Of a stretch of DNA of 64,000 nucleotides, positions 29,297 to 38,582 are shown one piece after another. The notes under the pieces are model-generated. The model saw only the letters and a program-made list of their open reading frames with translations. It searched no databases and had not been told where the DNA came from. The translations under genes and the position numbers were made by a program. The stretch comes from Candidatus Latescibacterota bacterium (GTDB lineage: Bacteria > Latescibacterota > UBA2968 > GCA-2709665). Each line of letters starts with the position of its first letter. The stretch's first letter is position 1. The stretch lies in the NCBI GenBank assembly GCA_963667175.2, contig CAXXXF010000011.1, positions 1-64,000 of the forward strand, in the 5' to 3' direction.

Positions 29297-31320
29297 AACT
29301 GATCTGGATATCCAAGTTGGAATAATTCGCGGAATATTTCTGCTGGCACATTTGAAGGAGATTGCAGCGTTAGCCCAATTTCACCTTTTTTGTAGACATC
29401 TCGCAACTTTTCCAAAGAGACCGGTTTTCGAAAAAGGAAGGTGTGCGAAAACCTCAGGGCCATAATTTCTTTTGATGGATCACCGTCACATATGTCACAA
29501 AGGTCTTTCCATTCCAATATCCCGAATTTGCTGAATCTCCTGAAAAGTGCTTTGGGGATATCTACCATAACGGCGTCAAGATTGGATACTGCTAAGATTT
29601 CTTTTAAATTTCCGCTGACGTACCACAGAATCCGAGCAGGTGGCTTGAGCATTTTATGGTGAGTTTTGTGTCGATAGTACACGTTTTCCCAACGCAACAA
29701 CACACTTCTCTTACCTCCGAAAAGATCGTTGGCCGATTGGCGTCTATCAAAAAGGCTAATGGCGTAGCCTGGACGGATTGGGACTATGAAGTACTTTTGA
29801 TCAGTGGCTTTCAAAGCAAGGGGAGAGCAACACCTTTCAAGCTCAAGATCTGACATATCCTGGTAATGGACTGTGGATTCAGGACATAGATCGGAAATGG
29901 AAGTCGATGTTTTCTTGCGGTCGAGACAACGAGAAAAGCAAAATCTGACGAAACTGGCGCTACATTCCGTAAATCCCATCGCTAACAGGTCTGGTATCAA
30001 GCTGGGCGAGAGGCCTGAGGCCTCAAACTTCACAACCTCCAGATTTTTTTCAACGGCCTTGGAAACAGTGTCCGAAATTAAAAAACGTCCGAACAGTGAG
30101 CGGTCAGTGGAACGTGTAACTCTCGCAAAGGATGTGATTAGCATGCCGTCTGAACTGTTCGTTAGAACTCGAATGGCGATAACTTCATCTCTTGAACGAA
30201 GAAGCTCGCATTTGTAATAATTCGGTTGAGCGACTAAAGGTTCTAACTTTTGTCTGAATCTACCTCTCGTCTCCCGATGCTCGAGAAACGAGTCAAAACG
30301 GGAAGGGGTCAGGTCATTGGAAGTCAGGCGATGCCAGCGAAGATTAAAGCCCGCAATACGATCAGGTGCATAAGACTGTCTTGCGGATAACTCGTGAAGT
30401 CTTATGATCAAGTCCACGGGTTCTAACACCGTGAGTCCCGTCAGATCGGCTATTTTCTCCGACATTTTCAAGAGGGTACGGTCTCTGGTAACAAAAGTGT
30501 CTGCGTTGGAAGCCGCAGCCTTCGCCAAATGTCTAACATCGGACTCCTGGCTTGGCCTGTGGGTGGGGAGGACATCCTTTAAGCCGTCTTCAATGTAGTC
30601 GGTCATTCGCCGGTCCGGTTCAACCGTAGGTAAGTTTCGTGCAATTTTTCTGGACTTTGTACGCAGCTCGTGATCTTCTTGCCGATCAATTTCATTGAAG
30701 AGTTCATCAGTTATCCAAAGTTTCAGCGAATCTATCAAGAAATCGGAGAGAAGAGCTTTAGATGGCTTTGTTTTATCATTGTCCGGTTCATGAAAGTCGA
30801 AAAAGATCTGGGCATCGATGACAATATCAAGTGTCTCGTCTGATGTCTTTGCCTGGAAAAGGCTTAATTGGTCGGCGGGCGCCAATGTGAGACACCAAAG
30901 CGTAAGCAGATGCCCCTCCTTAGATCGCCCGTGCCTTTCATCCAACGCCACGAATCCGAGTTTTGGCCAGATTTCATTGGCTGGAAAGTCACGACGGCAA
31001 TGGAGCTTTATGACCTTCTGGGTAGTTGCAGATCCCTTCAAGGAGTCCAAAAGCCGTCGTGCTATACCATGACCTCGGTACCGTTGCATAACGCAAAGTT
31101 GGCAAATACGAAAATAGTCACGATTTATTCCGTAGAGAATATACCCAACGAGTTGGTCGTCGATTTTGGCCCCCATCACCCCCTTCTTTTTAAGGTAGTC
31201 ACACAAGGCTACTTTGGGGAGGAAACCAAGCGTTTGGCTGTGTAGTTTCATTAACTCATCCACCGCATCCAAATCCGCGGGCGTTAACTTGGAGATGGTT
31301 AAATTAACAACATCCACCAT
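29293..31320 (-). CDS. GNAT-PIN-(degenerate GNAT)-ASCH/EVE-like multidomain protein
   Basis: QLCV..YRGHGIA..W.KLGF; IDAQIF..E..SDVRHLA..FVTRD; VPIRPGYA..ENVYYR..ILWYVS. Confidence 0.82.
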   Translation of the reverse strand: MVDVVNLTISKLTPADLDAVDELMKLHSQTLGFLPKVALCDYLKKKGVMGAKIDDQLVGYILYGINRDYFRICQLCVMQRYRGHGIARRLLDSLKGSATTQKVIKLHCRRDFPANEIWPKLGFVALDERHGRSKEGHLLTLWCLTLAPADQLSLFQAKTSDETLDIVIDAQIFFDFHEPDNDKTKPSKALLSDFLIDSLKLWITDELFNEIDRQEDHELRTKSRKIARNLPTVEPDRRMTDYIEDGLKDVLPTHRPSQESDVRHLAKAAASNADTFVTRDRTLLKMSEKIADLTGLTVLEPVDLIIRLHELSARQSYAPDRIAGFNLRWHRLTSNDLTPSRFDSFLEHRETRGRFRQKLEPLVAQPNYYKCELLRSRDEVIAIRVLTNSSDGMLITSFARVTRSTDRSLFGRFLISDTVSKAVEKNLEVVKFEASGLSPSLIPDLLAMGFTECSASFVRFCFSRCLDRKKTSTSISDLCPESTVHYQDMSDLELERCCSPLALKATDQKYFIVPIRPGYAISLFDRRQSANDLFGGKRSVLLRWENVYYRHKTHHKMLKPPARILWYVSGNLKEILAVSNLDAVMVDIPKALFRRFSKFGILEWKDLCDICDGDPSKEIMALRFSHTFLFRKPVSLEKLRDVYKKGEIGLTLQSPSNVPAEIFRELFQLGYPDQL

Positions 31321-31453
31321 TTGTCTCCGATAGGATCAAGACTGCTGCCAATTGGGGTGGCTCAAAGATCTCGCAAGACCGACGGGGCCTGTACCCTGAT
31401 AGGTTCGTGCGAACATTAGCTTGTTAGCTCGTAAATAACCGTGTCTAAGGGGA

Positions 31454-32161
31454 TCATCTCTTTGCTCTCGAAAGTCGAGAATTCACGTGCTCTACGAGAG
31501 CATCCCGGATACCTTGCTGTTGATGTGAAAAACCAAAATATCTTGCAACCATATCGTCGATGGCCAAGTGATCTTCTGTAAAAACTTCCTCCCTAACAGC
31601 CAGTGGTTCCCGGGTTCTGCTGCTCTCGAATACTTGCTTCGCATCGTTTGCGAAATCGAAGCTAAAATCAACGGGCAGTGCCTTCATATCAGTGGCTTCA
31701 GCTTTCAGAAGGCCTCCTCCGAGATTTTTTCTACCCGTAATCTCTCGGAAGAGCCATACGAACGACGAATTGAGGTAGGCCCAGAGGCAATAGTGGAAAT
31801 CTGATTCCCAAAGGGCATTGGGTAGGTATGTCTCCACATGGCTGTAGGAAAGTGCTCGGCATAGATTGAAAATACAGTAATGGCGATCCCCTATACCTCT
31901 CGGAAGGATAAGTGCGGGGATCTTTTTTCTTCTCGTGGCGCTTACGTTCCTTTGTCCGATACTTCGGTTGGCCGCTTCTACGACAAACTGTACATCCTTG
32001 TCGATTATGGGTAATCCGTAGCCAGGCAAATTGAGATCTCGCCTCGAAGGATTTATCCCTTGCCCAAAATTAACCGCCTTTCCTGTGCCTGAATCTTGCA
32101 TCATACGAGACAAGATTTCAGTATAAAACTGAGGCATCAAGAAAATGTGTCCCCACTTCAT
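31454..32161 (-). CDS. Probable target-recognition C-terminal part of the type IIG methyltransferase (split or frameshifted)
   Basis: AYLNSS..LFRE..GRKNLGGG.L motif; ATGA overlap with MTase stop. Confidence 0.65.
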   Translation of the reverse strand: MKWGHIFLMPQFYTEILSRMMQDSGTGKAVNFGQGINPSRRDLNLPGYGLPIIDKDVQFVVEAANRSIGQRNVSATRRKKIPALILPRGIGDRHYCIFNLCRALSYSHVETYLPNALWESDFHYCLWAYLNSSFVWLFREITGRKNLGGGLLKAEATDMKALPVDFSFDFANDAKQVFESSRTREPLAVREEVFTEDHLAIDDMVARYFGFSHQQQGIRDALVEHVNSRLSRAKR

Positions 32162-34911
32162 ATATTCTGTTTAGGCTTATGGATTCTTGTTGATGTAACA
32201 TTCATGTCACTGTCGACCACGACATGCTCGATGTTCTGCGATCCGGTCTTCGTAAAGGTTGTAATTACAGCGTTGATGTTCTGGCTATTGGTGTCAGAAA
32301 AGAACTTCGCGGACGTGTCGATAATCTTTTGGAATGTTAACTTTCCGACGGAGAAATTCTGGAACTTCAGTCCGTAGTCGGTGTTGAGCCAAGCGTTTTG
32401 GGTTATTAAACAGCCTACGCCCGATCCATTTAGGAACTTAGGTGATCGCGCGTAGAAGTAGATTAGCAGGTCACTACCCCGAGGCAGGGATTTGTCCCAG
32501 TCTTGCAATACCTGATATCCGTACGAATCCTTTAGCTCGGGCGACAACAGGTTATTACGAGATTCAACATATGGCGGATTTCCAATCACTACATCAAAAC
32601 CAGTGACGGCGTTGAACATATATCCGGCATCGAACCAATCTGCCGTTGCGTTCTGGTCATATGGATCCCATCGGGCGATACTTTGGGCGGCATCGGTGGG
32701 AAGCCCGAGATTTTCCAGTTCAGTCGCTAGTTCTCGTCGTAACATCCTGTCAGTGCCCTTGCATTCGAGCTTTTCTAGACGCGTTTTGGTGTGAAAGTGG
32801 TGTTCGCGGTTTTGGTTTAATTCGCGCTCTAATTCTTGCGCTCTCCTGCTCTTTAGTAGTGGGTCTCCCTTGAGACCGATAAGCGTGTTCGCCGCGACAA
32901 AACGTGTCTCGAGGTTTGGCAGGGGCTTGAAGCCGAAGTTTTCGGCATTCTTGTCTGGTTCCTGCTCGATCGCGAGAGAGATAAAGAACCGCAGTTTTGC
33001 GATTTGACAAGCTACCGGCTGGACATCCACGCCGAAGATACTGTTCTGGATCAAGTAGAGTTTCCGACCAAAGTCGCTTGAGTACAACTGGAAATTTTCG
33101 CTGATCTCCAGCAATTGTCTATTTCGCACCTGCTTTTCCTTGCTATCAAACGCCGACTTTGCCTTTTCGAGAGCCCTTTCCTTTTGTAATGCTTCCCATC
33201 GCTCATTGTTGGGATCAAGCCGCTTCAATGCCAGAGTTAGCTTATGCAATATGCCCATTGGAAACGCGCCTGAACCAACCGCAGGATCAAGCACCTTGAG
33301 ATCGGCAATTGCGCGAACGATGCTCTCCTTTTCGGCTTTGTCAAACAAGGCATCGACGTCATTAAATTCATCTGCGAAGTCCAGCAACCAGCGCAAACTG
33401 GTATCCCAATCAGCGGCGTTTCCGTTTTTGGGTAAACACTTCTGTTTCAACGTCGCCACCAGTGCCTCGTCCACCATATAGTCCACGACCGCACGGGGCG
33501 TGTAGTAGGAGCCGGTCTGTTTACGCGCTGTGCTCCTGGTTTCTGGGTTGTAAGCAGCCAGAAGGTTCTCGAAAACCTTGCCCAGCAGTTCAGGATCCAA
33601 TGCGACTTCTTGCTCGACAGGCGTGTTCTCCTCGACTGTGAATTTGTAGTGGTTGAGCAATGGGAATAGCCCATATTCCTCATCGAAGAACAGTGCGTCG
33701 GGGACGTCCAATTCCCGCCAGGCTTCACGACGGGCTTGTGCGGCGCTGGGCCCCTCGTCCGGGTCCGGGTCGCTGAACATGTCGATGCGTTTACCCCCGG
33801 CGCTTCTCGATTCTTCGTCATCGAGGCAGTCAAACAGGCCGCCGTTGATGAACGGTGTCTGCTTCATCAGTTCCTCAAAGCGCTCGACATCGTCAATGAG
33901 CGATCTGTAGCGGTAACGCGAAAAGACCCTGTGGTTGGGTTCCTGCCGGGTGCTGAATCCGCGCGATCCCATCTCGGTGTTTAGCGTTGCGAAAAAGAGA
34001 TTCTGCAAGACAGCGCGGTAGTAGTCGGAGCCGCCGAAATTGCTCAGCAACTTCTCCATCTCGGCTTGTACGAACCACTCTTCCCGAACCAATCCCTTTT
34101 CCTTAATGAACCAGACGAAAAGGATACGCGTTATCAAACGGATTACCTGTTGCTCCGCAGGCACGGTCGAGGGGAATTTGGCACTCTCAACCGCCCACTC
34201 AAACCAATCGAATAGTTCGCGGTAGAACTGCCGGTTGAGTTCCTCCGTGTCCAGTTTGTCCAACCACGCGGCCAGGAGGCCGTCGAAATTGTGTGGCTTG
34301 TTATTGAGATCCATCCATTTAGCGCACTCGGCCAGCGACAACTCCGCCAATATGTCCAAATGAGCACGATGGGGACCCTTCGGGTCAACCTCGCGTATCA
34401 GCGACACTGTACCTAGCACGTCCCGCCCCGGGTCGCGCTTGTGCGGACGGCGGTGAACAAAGGCGAGCGTCAGCAGGTCGGAGGAAGTGCGAAAGAGAAC
34501 GACGGAGGGTTGGCTCAGACGCTTGTTGATCTCGCGAGTGAACTGTGCATACTGGCCGCGCGGGTACTGCTTGCCGTTCAATTCGACTGCGAAGAAAATA
34601 AAGCTCTGCTCGTGTCCCTTATCGAAGGAAGCGGCATCAAGATTGAACGTGGGCTGACTGCTGGCGGCGATTTCGTCGCTTGTCACCTGGAAAACGAGCC
34701 GCACGGACCGAACCAGCTCGAGGAATGCCTGCTCCGTCCTGGTACTTTCCTTCGGGGTGGGAAACTGCGCGATAAAGTCGTCAACATCGCCCGTCTGACC
34801 GGGCAACGTCCGCTCGCCGCGGTAGCCAAGGACCGCCAGCAGGTCCTGCACTGCCGCCTTAAAGTCATTGCTTGGAATCCCAACCAAGGCGGCTTGGATG
34901 TCCTCTCTCAT
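32158..34911 (-). CDS. Eco57I-like type IIG N6-adenine DNA methyltransferase
   Basis: PFINGGLF, LLGKVFE, GSYYTP, VLDPAVGSGAF (motif I), FDVVIGNPPY (motif IV). Confidence 0.92.
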   Translation of the reverse strand: MREDIQAALVGIPSNDFKAAVQDLLAVLGYRGERTLPGQTGDVDDFIAQFPTPKESTRTEQAFLELVRSVRLVFQVTSDEIAASSQPTFNLDAASFDKGHEQSFIFFAVELNGKQYPRGQYAQFTREINKRLSQPSVVLFRTSSDLLTLAFVHRRPHKRDPGRDVLGTVSLIREVDPKGPHRAHLDILAELSLAECAKWMDLNNKPHNFDGLLAAWLDKLDTEELNRQFYRELFDWFEWAVESAKFPSTVPAEQQVIRLITRILFVWFIKEKGLVREEWFVQAEMEKLLSNFGGSDYYRAVLQNLFFATLNTEMGSRGFSTRQEPNHRVFSRYRYRSLIDDVERFEELMKQTPFINGGLFDCLDDEESRSAGGKRIDMFSDPDPDEGPSAAQARREAWRELDVPDALFFDEEYGLFPLLNHYKFTVEENTPVEQEVALDPELLGKVFENLLAAYNPETRSTARKQTGSYYTPRAVVDYMVDEALVATLKQKCLPKNGNAADWDTSLRWLLDFADEFNDVDALFDKAEKESIVRAIADLKVLDPAVGSGAFPMGILHKLTLALKRLDPNNERWEALQKERALEKAKSAFDSKEKQVRNRQLLEISENFQLYSSDFGRKLYLIQNSIFGVDVQPVACQIAKLRFFISLAIEQEPDKNAENFGFKPLPNLETRFVAANTLIGLKGDPLLKSRRAQELERELNQNREHHFHTKTRLEKLECKGTDRMLRRELATELENLGLPTDAAQSIARWDPYDQNATADWFDAGYMFNAVTGFDVVIGNPPYVESRNNLLSPELKDSYGYQVLQDWDKSLPRGSDLLIYFYARSPKFLNGSGVGCLITQNAWLNTDYGLKFQNFSVGKLTFQKIIDTSAKFFSDTNSQNINAVITTFTKTGSQNIEHVVVDSDMNVTSTRIHKPKQNI

Positions 34912-36596
34912 GCCTGCTCCATTTTCTCGCTGTCGTCGAGCATCTCCAATAGGTCGCCGCGCCTGAAGGTCGCCGACAACTGCTGGAGTGAAACAGCCCG
35001 GTCGCCATAGCAAGCCTTTAAAGCATTTTTCAGTGCCTGGACGGCATCCGCATAGTATTGATCTCGCTCGCCTTTAAGCACCTGTAGGAGTCCCTGAACG
35101 TTTCGATGGGAAACCAGGTCAAGGGTGAGCCCCTCATCTTTTAACAGCTTGCGGCCGATCAACATGGCGATGTAGTGGGACGAATAGGGCAGAAAGTCCG
35201 GTGGCGTTGCCGTTGTCGGGCGTTTTCTTTCGTTCTCCACAGCTCTGAAAATCAAAACCGCAAGCAGTGCCTGCGCTGCATTGAGCGGCTTAAAAATATC
35301 CTCGTACAGTTTGCCAAAATGCTCTTTTCGGCGGAATCTGGCCTGGTGCGGCCTTTCTCGCCAGATTGCCAGCACGGCTTCTGCTACAGTCGAACTGGTA
35401 ATGACCACTGACTCACCCCCGCCCTCCTCTCGCTGGCGTTTATACGTATAGCCCAGACCAGACAGGCCCAACTCCAACCGCTTCTGCATCTCATCGTTGG
35501 ATCGCAAATCCCTGAGGTCCACTGGATTCTGACTGTTAGTGGCGCAGGTGATATCTTGGACAAACTCTTTATGTGTATCCGCCAACTGGTAAATGCGGAT
35601 TAACAGATAAGCTGATTCGCCGAATAGGTTGGGCAAACTGCCATTTAGCGTTTCTTGAATCGTCTTGCAGGTCTGCCCCCCGTTGATCACCTGCATATTC
35701 TTGAGTTGCACCTGATAGTCTGATTGCTGAAAGGCGTTGTAATCAAACCGGTCACAGACTGCGGTAATGCCATTGTTGTAGAAATAGAATTTGTCAGATT
35801 TGTCCGGAGCGCAAAGTGTCTGGTGAATTGCAGTGTTGACGCGATTGGTGTGCAGCCCAAGGTAGCGGCGGATATTGCGCTCGAGCAAGCTGTCTCCGTG
35901 CTCGTTAAACAGTCGTTGGATCTCCTGAACGGAAACGCGCCCAACCAAAACGCGCATATAGTTCATATCTTCTACAATAGCTTGCCCACTCAGAGTCAGG
36001 GTGGTATCCACCTGTTTGCTGCGCTGCAAGATGCTGACGATGGAATCGTGATTGAAGTGGAGGAACTTTACCTTGTCGCCGTAATCCTCTTCTGCGCCAG
36101 TTATCCAATGATCTGCTTGCGATGTCCACCGCTCTCCATTATTGCAAAGGATTACCCGAACATTGGGGATATACGCATCACGGATCAAAGAGCGAATCTC
36201 CTCAATTTTAGGGGCTATTTTTCTGTTTAGCGTTACGCTCCTATTGGGATCAAACAGCACGCTAACGGTACCTATAGCTTTTTGCACATCGTTTTTTGGG
36301 AAGTTTGCTTTGCCGCCTAGATCCTTGACTTTGTACTTGCCTTGGAAGATCGTGACCAGAAAATCACCGTCTTCAACCTCGCCAACGTGAAGCCCATCAA
36401 CGCCGGCATCGTTCCCACCCTCGGTAAGCAATTCGGTACTGTCTGGAAGCGTTATTTCAAGGCACGTTGACATGCACAGGAGTACAAATGCCGCCGACTT
36501 CTTTTTGTTGATGTCGTTCCCTTCCGGCAGCCATTCGGGGTGATCTTCAACGATACCCGCTATCCTCTGATCGACAATACTGGCATTGATATTCAA
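34908..36596 (-). CDS. AIPR family (abortive infection phage resistance) protein
   Basis: DAGVDG, NIRRYLG, FYFYNNGIT, INGGQT, TNSQN..DLRS. Confidence 0.9.
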   Translation of the reverse strand: MNINASIVDQRIAGIVEDHPEWLPEGNDINKKKSAAFVLLCMSTCLEITLPDSTELLTEGGNDAGVDGLHVGEVEDGDFLVTIFQGKYKVKDLGGKANFPKNDVQKAIGTVSVLFDPNRSVTLNRKIAPKIEEIRSLIRDAYIPNVRVILCNNGERWTSQADHWITGAEEDYGDKVKFLHFNHDSIVSILQRSKQVDTTLTLSGQAIVEDMNYMRVLVGRVSVQEIQRLFNEHGDSLLERNIRRYLGLHTNRVNTAIHQTLCAPDKSDKFYFYNNGITAVCDRFDYNAFQQSDYQVQLKNMQVINGGQTCKTIQETLNGSLPNLFGESAYLLIRIYQLADTHKEFVQDITCATNSQNPVDLRDLRSNDEMQKRLELGLSGLGYTYKRQREEGGGESVVITSSTVAEAVLAIWRERPHQARFRRKEHFGKLYEDIFKPLNAAQALLAVLIFRAVENERKRPTTATPPDFLPYSSHYIAMLIGRKLLKDEGLTLDLVSHRNVQGLLQVLKGERDQYYADAVQALKNALKACYGDRAVSLQQLSATFRRGDLLEMLDDSEKMEQA

Positions 36597-36701
36597 TTAT
36601 TTTTCTCCTTGCCAATGGCATCCGTCCCCTCTGTAGGGTCGCCCCGAACGGAGATTCCGGTTGGACAATACAAGATGCCCCTATGGACCCAATTTGACTA
36701 C

Positions 36702-37722
36702 CTATCGGAACCGATTCCCGAGATTGATTCGCTGGACGATCTTCATCGCCAATTCCCTGAAGTCCTGGCGCGCGTCGTTTGCAGCGGCGGCATGGCCGCC
36801 GATTGCTCCATCAGCCGTCGTCAGATGAAAAATGGGTTTACGTGCTTCCTGAGCCATTGGGACAAGACTCCGGCACTGTTTGACGGTGGCAAGAGCGTGT
36901 TCCGTATCTTGCGCCGGCGTGGACGGATACGGTCCTTCGTTGTCGCCACAAAGGTTGCGAGCGTACTCTGCCGGCATTCTATTGAACCACTTGTCATACG
37001 CTTTTAGGGGACGGCTCAGGCGTAGACCGGGTTGCTGCACGACGTACCCTACGGGTCGCATCTCGCCGCACGGCAGCTGAAATTCCGGCTGTATCCAGTT
37101 GTCCTTTCGCCGCTTCCAGTCTTCCCGCCACCGATTCAGCGTTGCGCCGAGGATTCGCAGGCCCTGAAGGGAAGACAGGTCGGTGCCCAGCGGAACGACG
37201 ATGTGATCCGTTGCAATCAACGCCGAACGATTGATCGCACCGAGATTCGGGCCGACGTCGGCCAGAATGACCGATGCGTTCATTTGCGTCGCACCTGACT
37301 GCATGACGGTTGAGAAGGCAGTCAAAATCCTGAAGGAACGGTACAGCTCATTGGCGTTGGAGCCCAGAGCCCTGGGCCACTCTGCCGACAGCGTGTCTTC
37401 AAATCCCGCCAGGGCCAAATCTCCCGGTATCAGGCGAAGCTCTGGCGTAATTTTCTCGAGCACGGGTTCTGTGACGTCGCCGAACTTTGTAAGTGGCCGG
37501 ACGCACTGCTGGATTGTGCGGGCGGATGCGTTGTCGCCTTCGTGGCACAACTCTTCCAGTTTTTCTTCATTCAGAAATGCGGCAGTGAGATTCGCCTGGG
37601 GGTCTAGGTCGCAGGCCAACACCCGACAACCGACGTCGGACAGCATCCACGCGAGATGATAGACCAGGGACGTCGTGCCAACGCCGCCTTTATTGTTGAA
37701 AAGGTCAAAACGGGAACGGTAA
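36702..37722 (-). pseudogene. ParA family ATPase, probably degraded
   Basis: Expected MTVPVLTFFNNKGGVGKT appears as ATT start, 1-nt frameshift and KGGVGTT; DLDPQANLT, DVGPNLG retained. Confidence 0.75.
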
Positions 37723-37989
37723 TGTCCTGTCGTCTTTGCAAGAAGGTATCGTGACCTGAACATTGTTCATATCAACGATGAATTCCATTTCAGGATGCCC
37801 GGCCTGCTGAAGCAGCCGATTGGCCAATGGAATGCCTATGCCGTAACGTTGCACAAATCCCAGGTTTCTCATCGCCTCCGCGAGATTGGGATTTCGGTAA
37901 GACGTTGCGCCGGGTCGACCGAAGTTATCTATCGTTACCGAGCCGAACACTCCCCGCGGACTCAGTATTTATATGCGGTCGTCGTACCA
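37705..37989 (-). pseudogene. C-terminal fragment of an AlbA/RecG-like HATPase_c_4 ATP-binding protein
   Basis: WYDDRI*ILSPRG..YRNPNLAEAMRNLGFVQRYGIGI. Confidence 0.75.
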
Positions 37990-37990
37990 G

Positions 37991-38152
37991 TGCCGGAAAC
38001 TCGTCGATAAAGCTGTCCACCCCGCCATCAAGTACCAAAGTCCGGTCACTCCGATAGCCGAGGACTGCGAGCAGGTCCTTCGCTGCCTCAATCAGGTCGT
38101 TGTTTGATCTCCCTGCTAAAGCGGCTTTGATTTTTCCTCGGATGTCGGACAT
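37991..38152 (-). pseudogene. N-terminal fragment of a second Eco57I-like methyltransferase
   Basis: IKAAL..NDL..A.KDLLAVLGYRSDRTL..VDSFI..FP parallels the N-terminus of 34911 ORF (DLLAVLGYRGERTL..VDDFI..FP). Confidence 0.8.
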
Positions 38153-38154
38153 GC

Positions 38155-38582
38155 TCACGCTTCTGAAACAATCAGCCAGGTGATTAACTCAATATCAGAG
38201 TTACTCGGTTTTGCGGATTGAGTAGGGAGTCTGAAGTCGCGTTGACCGCGAATACTCAGTTGTTGTATCTGCGTGGCTTTGTCCGCCCTGCTGATGTGGT
38301 TTATTACTGTTTTCAGCAGATTGTCGTAGTGTGTCATGTCGCTGCCATTATTGGTTTCGCGGTCAAACTGATCACATAATCCAAGAATAGGCGCCGCCCT
38401 TTCGACGGCCACCGACTCGAACAACTCGAGTACCTGTCGCGTGTTTGCACATCCGTACCGAATTTCCCCGTTGTTTCGCACGAACACCAAATAATAAGGA
38501 AATATCGGGCTCGCAACTTTCTCCCTTTTGTCCTGGGCCGCCCGTCGCCGCCTGAGAAAGAAAATCACTCCCTCCCCTAAGG
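38155..38582 (-). pseudogene. C-terminal part of the helicase, separated by the insertion element
   Basis: GEGVIFFL..PYYLVFV..ELITWL continues in frame from DSPL once the insert is removed. Confidence 0.85.
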
